Assembly: GCA_965662845.1 (NCBI GenBank) | Contig: CBFIJD010000006.1 | Coordinates: forward strand, 42,641 to 106,640 | DNA from: an uncultured bacterium | GTDB taxonomy: Bacteria > SAR324 > NAC60-12 | Length of the DNA: 64,000 nucleotides | Direction of reading: 5' to 3' | Part shown: positions 57,278 through 64,000 of the stretch, in pieces | Layout: every line of letters starts with the position of its first letter | How positions within the stretch are numbered: the first letter of the stretch is position 1 | Made by a program: the position numbers and the translations under genes | The notes under the pieces: model-generated | Seen by the model: only the letters and a program-made list of their open reading frames with translations | Database searches by the model: none | What the model was told of the DNA's origin: nothing

Positions 57278-58394
57278 GCTAGAGATTGATCAAGAGTATC
57301 TTGTCGATTTGTTATTCGACATGTTGCTCATTCCTAGCCCCAGCGGCTATACCGACCAAATTGTGCGCTTCGTTTGTGAAGAGTTGCAAAAGCTAGGAGT
57401 TCCCTTCGAGCTCACGCGCACCGGCGCAATCCGCGCGACGCTCGAAGGCGAACAGCGCACGCCCGATCGGGCCATCGTCGCTCACGTTGACACCCTCGGC
57501 GCAATGGTCAAATCGCTCAAAGACAACAGTCGCCTTGGCATCTCACCCATCGGCTATTGGTCACCTCGCTTTGCCGAAGGCGCGCGCGTCACGATCTTCA
57601 CAGACGAGACATCTTATCGCGGTACGATTCTGCCGCTCAAAGCTTCCGGTCACACTTTTAATGAAGAGATCGACACCCAGCCGGTGTCTTGGGACAACCT
57701 TGAGATTCGCATTGACGAGATCTGTGACTCCAAGGCCGACGTAGAAAAGTTAGGCATCAACGTGGGAGATTTTGTGGCGATTGATCCGCAACCGGAGATC
57801 AGTCCATCGGGCTACATCAACTCGCGGCATTTGGATAACAAGGCTGGCGTCGCGTTGCTGCTCGCGGCCATCAAAGCCATCAAAGAGGCCAATGTAACGT
57901 TACCTGTGGACTGTCATCCACTCTTCACGATTTACGAGGAAGTCGGGTTTGGCGCCTCGGCGATTTTGCATGGAGATGTGGCCTCGATGGTGGCGATTGA
58001 CAACTCCACGATTGCGCCAGGGCAGAACTCTTCTGAGCGCGGCGTCACCGTCGCCATGAAAGACTCCACGGGGCCTTTCGACTATCACACAACCCGCAAA
58101 CTGATCCGTCTCTGTGACGAGTTCAGCCTGCTCTATCATCGCGACGTGTTTCGTTACTATCGCAGTGATTCCGCCTCGGCGATTGAAGCTGGGAATGACA
58201 TTCGAACGGCGCTCGTCTGCTTTGAGCTGGACGCTTCTCACGGTTATGAGCGCACCCACGTCGAATCGCTGGTCGCAGTCAGCCAGCTGATCACTCTCTA
58301 CCTGCAAAGCTCTGTTGAGATTCTGCACGACAAAGAGCCCCTCAGCTCGGATCTCGACAGCTTTCCGAACGTGCAAGGCCACCCCACCGACTGA
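57270..58394 (+). CDS. NAGGN-system M42 family peptidase
   Basis: PSPSG.T, AHVDTLGA, SRHLDNK, EEVG, SHGYERTH. Confidence 0.93.
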   Translation: MRKLEIDQEYLVDLLFDMLLIPSPSGYTDQIVRFVCEELQKLGVPFELTRTGAIRATLEGEQRTPDRAIVAHVDTLGAMVKSLKDNSRLGISPIGYWSPRFAEGARVTIFTDETSYRGTILPLKASGHTFNEEIDTQPVSWDNLEIRIDEICDSKADVEKLGINVGDFVAIDPQPEISPSGYINSRHLDNKAGVALLLAAIKAIKEANVTLPVDCHPLFTIYEEVGFGASAILHGDVASMVAIDNSTIAPGQNSSERGVTVAMKDSTGPFDYHTTRKLIRLCDEFSLLYHRDVFRYYRSDSASAIEAGNDIRTALVCFELDASHGYERTHVESLVAVSQLITLYLQSSVEILHDKEPLSSDLDSFPNVQGHPTD

Positions 58395-59078
58395 TCAGAG
58401 CCCGCTCCCCCAGCGATAACGAGCTCCCACGCCCAAAACGTTCGAGCTGGTGTTGCTCACGCCATACAGGCCATAGCCCGCCGAACGATGATGGACCCGT
58501 AAGGACAACTCGGCTTCTGGATGACTCGGCGGAGCCAGCGTGATTTCAAAGGTCAGCAGGTTCATGAAGTGCTTGGAGCGTCGGCCCTCTGTGCGCTCTT
58601 GATCGGGGATCTTCGATGCGTAGGAGATCCCTTCTGCAAACCCGACCGTCGTGCGTAGATATTTGTCCCATCGAAAATCCTTCCACCGAAACACAATCCC
58701 TGGCCCCACCTCATAGATCGTCTTCATTTGGCTCTCGCGATACGTCAATGTAAGCGCGGCTTCCGTCTCATTCACATAGTCTGCAATCCAACGAAAAACG
58801 GGAAGTTGCCGAGAGATCCGGCGAGAGAACTCTGCGCCATAGGCGACCTCATCCGTGTTCGGATACTCCAGATCAAGCGCCTCTTGTGGGTTGTGGGTTG
58901 CGGTGTAGTCGATCAGCCCGATGTCGTCTAGGTTGCTGCGTGCCGTCTGTCCTTTCCACAACAAGAGCCCCCAAGCGTCTTCAAACCAAGCTGCGTGCGT
59001 CGGCCCGCTCCACACACAGATCCAGAGAGCGGCGCCCACCCACTTAGAGAGGAACCGGCCGCGGCCACCGTACTTCAT
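58395..59078 (-). CDS. Outer-membrane beta-barrel, PagL/acyloxyacyl hydrolase-like
   Basis: Signal peptide, amphipathic strands, RVHHRS...SN.LG.GARYRW near the C-terminus. Confidence 0.65.
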   Translation of the reverse strand: MKYGGRGRFLSKWVGAALWICVWSGPTHAAWFEDAWGLLLWKGQTARSNLDDIGLIDYTATHNPQEALDLEYPNTDEVAYGAEFSRRISRQLPVFRWIADYVNETEAALTLTYRESQMKTIYEVGPGIVFRWKDFRWDKYLRTTVGFAEGISYASKIPDQERTEGRRSKHFMNLLTFEITLAPPSHPEAELSLRVHHRSAGYGLYGVSNTSSNVLGVGARYRWGSGL

Positions 59079-59130
59079 ACAAAACTCAACATGAATCGAT
59101 CAGGGAGGTCAAACCGTCAAGGAAGGGAAC

Positions 59131-60717
59131 TTAAAAGCTGAAGCCCATGGGCTCGGAGGCTTTCTTTTGTCGTCGGATGCGCTCGTAGAAGTTCACGATT
59201 TCGCAAGCCAAGGCAGCCATCTCTAGTTTGTCTAACAAATGTGCGTGTAGCGTTGGCGTGTAGGATTCTTTCTCCAACATGCCGTGCTGTTCGGCGAAGG
59301 CTAGGATTTGTTCCGTCAGTTGCTCCACCTGCAGGTTCTGCTTCTGTAGTTCTCCATCCAGTTTGCTCCACTGCTTAGAAGCTTCGGCCATCGCTTGGAG
59401 GTTCGTAAAGCTGTGTTGGTCTTCTACCTGAAAGTGCCGCTGGATCATGTCGATGCCCCAAGTGGCGACGCGCTCTCCGAAGCGGTCCATGAAAGACTGC
59501 TTCGATTTGAAGACTTCAAACAGGTCAAACTTATAGAACACTTGGGCATCTTCTTTTTGAATGGGCTTGTCGAGAACCTTCAGCTTGAGTTCGTCGCGTT
59601 TGATGTCTCCGATGACTTTCTTGCGCTTGCGGAGTTGGTTCTGGTAGCGCTTCACCTCCTGCTCGCTTGCCTCTAGGTTGGGGATGGACTCCATTTGGGC
59701 GATGACTTCTTCCACCGTCTGTAGTTTGCGGTTATTTGCGGCGATTCGTGCTTCCGTCTCTGTCTTCTCTTTCGCAATTTGTTCTGGGGACTTGTTCGCC
59801 TGACGCTGATCTTTTTTGCTCAAAATCGTCTTTTTGCGCAGGCCGATCCGCACATACAAGTTGTCTGCGGCAAATTCCCATGAGTTCAGGAACACGATGT
59901 CGATTTTCTGAAACTCTTCACAGTGAAAAAAGAACTGCTGCAAGTTGAGCTTCCCCTCGTCATCTTCGGCGTGTTGGCGCTTGAATTCGCGAAACTTTGC
60001 CAGCAGCTCCGAGGTCCGCATGTGCGAGAGATACTTGCGATTGTAGTGCAAGGCGCTCAACCCCATTGGGGTGCGCTCTCCAATGTCGTCGACAATCATG
60101 ATGCGCACGAGCCCCTTCATGATTTTGTCGAGCAGGCGCACGCCGGTCAGCCGCTCAATGGCCGTCGCAAAAATGTAGCTGATCGCTAAATAGTACGGTT
60201 TCTCCGTCTTATCCATGGTGTGGTCGAGCTTCGCGAGCTTCTGCTTCAACTCGGCTTGCTTGTTCTTTTTGAACTGTAGCTTGCGATCTCCCCGCACGAG
60301 CTTTTGAAAGGCCACATCTTGCTCGCGGGCCTGCACCAGCTCTTCCAATTCCCAATAGCGGGCGAGCATGGACTCTAGCTCGGGCTCTTCTGCTGCTGGC
60401 AACTTGTCACTCTGCAATTTGACAGATCCAGGAACCCGCAGCAGGCGCTGAAACACGTTCTCCAGCTTCAGCTCTTCTTCTTTTTGCAGGCGCCAAGGCA
60501 GCTGCAAGATCCACTGGTAGTTCGTGCGGTCGGCCTCCGTCAGCGGCATGCGATCAATCTTGGCCAGCACCGCTTGTTCTTGCAGGCGAGCCTCAAGCTG
60601 CTTACTGAGCGGTTTGTAGACCTCTGCAGGTAAGAGAATGAGGATTTTCTGATTTTTGGGTTGGGGAGCTTTGGCAGGAGCGCCGCTGGTCGAAGTGGGG
60701 GTGGTCTCGGTGGTCAT
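59131..60717 (-). CDS. Hypothetical cytoplasmic coiled-coil-rich protein
   Basis: 528-aa K/E/Q-rich ORF, GAGG upstream, no recognised motif. Confidence 0.8.
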   Translation of the reverse strand: MTTETTPTSTSGAPAKAPQPKNQKILILLPAEVYKPLSKQLEARLQEQAVLAKIDRMPLTEADRTNYQWILQLPWRLQKEEELKLENVFQRLLRVPGSVKLQSDKLPAAEEPELESMLARYWELEELVQAREQDVAFQKLVRGDRKLQFKKNKQAELKQKLAKLDHTMDKTEKPYYLAISYIFATAIERLTGVRLLDKIMKGLVRIMIVDDIGERTPMGLSALHYNRKYLSHMRTSELLAKFREFKRQHAEDDEGKLNLQQFFFHCEEFQKIDIVFLNSWEFAADNLYVRIGLRKKTILSKKDQRQANKSPEQIAKEKTETEARIAANNRKLQTVEEVIAQMESIPNLEASEQEVKRYQNQLRKRKKVIGDIKRDELKLKVLDKPIQKEDAQVFYKFDLFEVFKSKQSFMDRFGERVATWGIDMIQRHFQVEDQHSFTNLQAMAEASKQWSKLDGELQKQNLQVEQLTEQILAFAEQHGMLEKESYTPTLHAHLLDKLEMAALACEIVNFYERIRRQKKASEPMGFSF

Positions 60718-60842
60718 AGGGCCTCGGTGAAACAGAGCAGCGCAAGGGGCGAAAGGAGGCAGGCTCCTCCTCTTTCAGAGATACACCCCCTGTTTCAAGA
60801 TTTGGGCAAACGTCTGGCTTTGCCCACACAAGCACCACTTGC

Positions 60843-62366
60843 TTACGATTCGGGCAAGTGGAAGGTTTGTAGCTTGTCTTCGGCGTATTCTTCGCGGTCG
60901 TCAAAGAAGGTCTTGAGCGCCTTCGCCGAGGTAACCCACGTTTTGTATTCCGAAGACTGCTGATCCAGCGTCCCGTCGCGATCATAGTTGTCCATAAACT
61001 TCATCAGCTGCCCTGCGCTGCGCGTGTCTTTGAAGTAGATTTTGATGCGGAACAACAGCAGCGCGGTTCGGATGATCGCTTCTTTGTCAAGCTGCTCAAA
61101 GATCGGCTCCATCCACTCGATGACCTCTTTTAGCGCTTGTTGGGCTTCGGTTCGCTTGCCGTCTTCTGACAAGATCTCGGCTTTGATCATGTTCATTGAG
61201 GCCATCTTGCGAATGTCATCGTATGGCTCTTTCGCGACTTCTGACAAGCGCTTGTGCGTCGCAATCGCCATGTCGTAGCTCAACAGCGCGATCTCTTTGT
61301 CACGATCTTCAGAGTTGAAATTGACAGGGTCGGTGATTTTCTCCAGATAATCATGCATGAGTGCTTCCCAGCCTTCTTGGAAGGCATCTACGTCGAAAGG
61401 CGGCTCATCGTCATTATTCTGTTTGAAGTTACCAATCACGCTTGAGGAGAACCCACAGTTCGTGCAGGAAGCGACTTCGAGCAGGCTGAAATCACAGAAG
61501 TCCAACTCGCCTGCCGGCTTCACATACTTTGGAACGCCAAAGATGTTTGGTTTGGTGATCATGCTGCGTGAGCGCAGAGACCAGAAAGGGATGCCTGCAT
61601 GACCACACACGAAACAGTTGACCGCGCGCCCTGTGAGAGACGACTTCTTGGGCTCCAAGCGGGAGCTGCCTGTCGTCATCGTGTAGCGTTCGGGATAGAG
61701 AATCTGCAAGACTCCGTGGTGGTCGCCCAGCTTCTGGGTAATGTCTAGTCGAACAGAGACGCTCTTGTCGTCCCACTTGTCTTGGTGCTGACCTGTAACT
61801 TTCGCTTCAAAGCGGTCATAGAATGAATCTTCTTCATCCGGCTTCGCGATGTTGACCATCACCGGCATACTCGGCACCATCGCGCGCGGATTGCGGAAGG
61901 TGATCCGGTTTTCGCTTAGGGACGTCAGGCGAACCAACGATGAGTATTTGCCGGAGTCAATGCGCGCCAGCGGCTTCGTCGCTTCCAACATGGAGCGCGC
62001 CGTCTTCCAGAGCTTCGTCAGGATTTTTTCAGAGAAGCCCAGCAGACTCCCCGCGTAATTGAAGAAGGTGATCTCTGTCTCGGACATCTTGCCATCGACT
62101 ACCATCAGCTCTGCGAGATACTTCAGAATGATGAAGGATTGCTTCGGATCAATGCGCTTGGGTTCTAGCTCTGGCGTTTTGTTCTGTCGAACGATCCCCA
62201 TGATGTTGTTGACCTGTTCTTTGTCCTCCAAGAAGCTGATGGCTTCTTTCAGAAACTCCAGTTCAGAGTCGTCAACGCGTCCGTCGGCCACGACCATCCC
62301 TGCGATGGAACGGGCGAACCAGACTTTTTCATCTGACGACATAGCTTCGGTGTTGGGGAGTTCCAT
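60843..62366 (-). CDS. TerB-like N-terminal domain plus DUF2225-like (CxxC...CxxC, helical C-terminus) protein
   Basis: MVVADGRVDDSE and LMVVDGKMSETE TerB repeats, CFVC...VASCTNCGFS, AGGAG RBS. Confidence 0.8.
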   Translation of the reverse strand: MELPNTEAMSSDEKVWFARSIAGMVVADGRVDDSELEFLKEAISFLEDKEQVNNIMGIVRQNKTPELEPKRIDPKQSFIILKYLAELMVVDGKMSETEITFFNYAGSLLGFSEKILTKLWKTARSMLEATKPLARIDSGKYSSLVRLTSLSENRITFRNPRAMVPSMPVMVNIAKPDEEDSFYDRFEAKVTGQHQDKWDDKSVSVRLDITQKLGDHHGVLQILYPERYTMTTGSSRLEPKKSSLTGRAVNCFVCGHAGIPFWSLRSRSMITKPNIFGVPKYVKPAGELDFCDFSLLEVASCTNCGFSSSVIGNFKQNNDDEPPFDVDAFQEGWEALMHDYLEKITDPVNFNSEDRDKEIALLSYDMAIATHKRLSEVAKEPYDDIRKMASMNMIKAEILSEDGKRTEAQQALKEVIEWMEPIFEQLDKEAIIRTALLLFRIKIYFKDTRSAGQLMKFMDNYDRDGTLDQQSSEYKTWVTSAKALKTFFDDREEYAEDKLQTFHLPES

Positions 62367-62486
62367 GACTGTGTCTCCTTTGCTTACTCAGGTTGGGCGA
62401 ACAAAAATACAGGACGAAGAAAATTTTGAAAAACGGCTACTGTAGCGACCTCCGAATTGAGACGCAATGTGATTTGGTCGTTTTTT

Positions 62487-63371
62487 TCAGAAGGCGCCCT
62501 CTTCACGAAAGACTAGCGCAACCCAGCCTTCTGCCACTGTGGTGGCGCAAATCTGCAATCCATGCGCAGAGAGCGCGGCGGCCAACTCTGGCTCTTGCTC
62601 ACAGAGCAGACCACTGCAAATCAGCGAACCCTGTGGCGCTAACAAACGCGCTAAATCTGGAACCGAAGGCAACAGCTCGCGCAAGAGCATGTTGCTGATC
62701 ACGAGGGGGGCTGGCTCTTGTAGCGCAGCGGCGGTGCCGGTCACCCCGCAGAAGCGGTCTCCCCATTGATGCAACTCGAAGTTTCGTTGGGCCTCTGGGA
62801 TGACGACAGGGTCTAGGTCGCACCCGACGATTTCCATAACTCCGAGAGCGCAGGCAGCCAGCCCTAAGATCCCAGATCCTGTGCCCACATCAATCAAGCG
62901 CTGAGGTTTGTGTTCCTCTTGCAGAATCACCAGCTCCAGCGTTTCTAAGGCTAGCCGCGTCGAGATGTGAGCCCCTGTGCCAAAGGCTTGGCCCGGCTCA
63001 AGCCAGAGCGTGTGACGATTGGGATCTAGTGGGGCTTTGTGCCAAACCGGCGCAATTTGGAGCGTGCGTCCGATGGTCAACGGCGTGAAGAACGAGTGCC
63101 ATGTCTCACGCCAGTTTTCAGACTCTCGAACATGCTGTTCCACCAGCTCTACGTAGCCTTCCACGAGAGGATATGCTGCGCGGAAGGCTGCTGGCCACAA
63201 GCCCAAATCTCGCTCGGATTCCGTCAGAAACACACGCAACAGATGCTCAGCGCCTTCCTCATTGAGGACTTCGCAGCCCGCCGCGTCTTGCTCAAAGCAA
63301 AAGCCTGTCCACACATCCGCGATCTCAGCCGACACACGAAAGACTCCCTCACGATAGGGCGCGTCGCTCAT
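62487..63371 (-). CDS. prmA: Ribosomal protein L11 methyltransferase
   Basis: NW...W...F.P, LEPGQAFGTGAH.ST, IDVGTGSGIL, SGLL. Confidence 0.93.
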   Translation of the reverse strand: MSDAPYREGVFRVSAEIADVWTGFCFEQDAAGCEVLNEEGAEHLLRVFLTESERDLGLWPAAFRAAYPLVEGYVELVEQHVRESENWRETWHSFFTPLTIGRTLQIAPVWHKAPLDPNRHTLWLEPGQAFGTGAHISTRLALETLELVILQEEHKPQRLIDVGTGSGILGLAACALGVMEIVGCDLDPVVIPEAQRNFELHQWGDRFCGVTGTAAALQEPAPLVISNMLLRELLPSVPDLARLLAPQGSLICSGLLCEQEPELAAALSAHGLQICATTVAEGWVALVFREEGAF

Positions 63372-63637
63372 TCTTTACCCTTGTCGATGTATACTTTGAA
63401 GCCATCTTCGAGCAATCCACGCAAACGAGGATCGTTTTTGCGGTCTGCCTCTTGGCATTGCTTGCACTGACAGTTGACAGGGTGCGTCTTTTGGAAGCGT
63501 TTGATCTTGATGTTCAGCAGGTTGCTGCCTTCGGTCTGCATTTGACGCAACACTTTCTCAACCTGTTGAAGCACTTTGTGCAGCACGACCTCTTCTTGCT
63601 TCGGGAACCCTCTCCCTTCGGACTTACGCCTGAACAT
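63368..63637 (-). CDS. Small hypothetical protein with CxCxxC
   Basis: ATGA coupling to prmA, HPVNCQCKQC. Confidence 0.65.
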   Translation of the reverse strand: MFRRKSEGRGFPKQEEVVLHKVLQQVEKVLRQMQTEGSNLLNIKIKRFQKTHPVNCQCKQCQEADRKNDPRLRGLLEDGFKVYIDKGKE

Positions 63638-64000
63638 GCCCGACCTGAGGCGGCAGCGCAGTCACTTGCTCGAGCGCATATTCATAAGTCGAGAGCGTGT
63701 CTTCAATGAGACGCTGGGGGGCAAAGCGGGTGAGTGCATCGTGGAGTGCATTGCGCCCTAACTCCACAATGCGCGCAGGGTCTTCCAGCATCCACTCCAA
63801 GGCCTCCGTCAAAGAATCCACGCTGTGATCTTTGGTCACACGGCCATTCACACCGTCACGCACGATCTCGGGTAAGGCGCCCGTGGGGAAGGCCACCACA
63901 GGCGTGCCAACGGAAAAGAACTCCACCGCAACGCGACAGATCACCTCCGAATCTCCAGAGCTAACAACGCCGATATCGACATAGCGCATGATCTCCTGCA
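63624..64000 (-). CDS. Glycosyltransferase family 4, C-terminal part (truncated by window edge)
   Basis: SE.ICRVAVE....G.PVV....GALPEIV.DG.NG. Confidence 0.85.
   Translation of the reverse strand, partial: QEIMRYVDIGVVSSGDSEVICRVAVEFFSVGTPVVAFPTGALPEIVRDGVNGRVTKDHSVDSLTEALEWMLEDPARIVELGRNALHDALTRFAPQRLIEDTLSTYEYALEQVTALPPQVGHVQA

Overview
Gene-dense, moderately GC-rich bacterial chromosome segment; I found no rRNA, tRNA, CRISPR array, prophage or intact IS element. The gene content looks deltaproteobacteria-like (possibly SAR324), but this is an unverified inference. In order it holds: CheR plus a hybrid histidine kinase, an ArsC-like selenoprotein missed by the ORF track (in-frame UGA in UxxC with a SECIS-like hairpin), argC, a DnaC-like ATPase, hemE, folK, Spy/CpxP, PhyH dioxygenase, gamma-CA, a VWA protein with a HelD-like helicase, an oversized class A PBP, aminopeptidase P, miaB, MltD-LysM, argB, a soluble Aer-like PAS receptor and a Csd6-like L,D-peptidase. 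Next is an 8-gene heme-copper oxidase operon (ctaB, small ORF, II, I, III, IV, second III, CxxC small ORF) divergent from an Fe-S cluster (fdx, Grx4-rhodanese fusion, IscA, YggT). The rest comprises a six-repeat Calx-beta-like surface protein, a polyol/fructose island (xylB, smoEFGK, rbtD, mtlK, fbaA, frcBCA, ROK regulator), the NAGGN osmolyte operon, a PagL-like barrel, a TerB-DUF2225 protein, prmA and a partial glycosyltransferase. The most notable observations are (1) an A1-type oxidase with all metal ligands intact but the K-channel Ser/Thr/Lys replaced, new intramembrane acidic residues and two unannotated small membrane ORFs, (2) the recoded selenoprotein and (3) several readable candidate operators. 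All alignments were done by eye.
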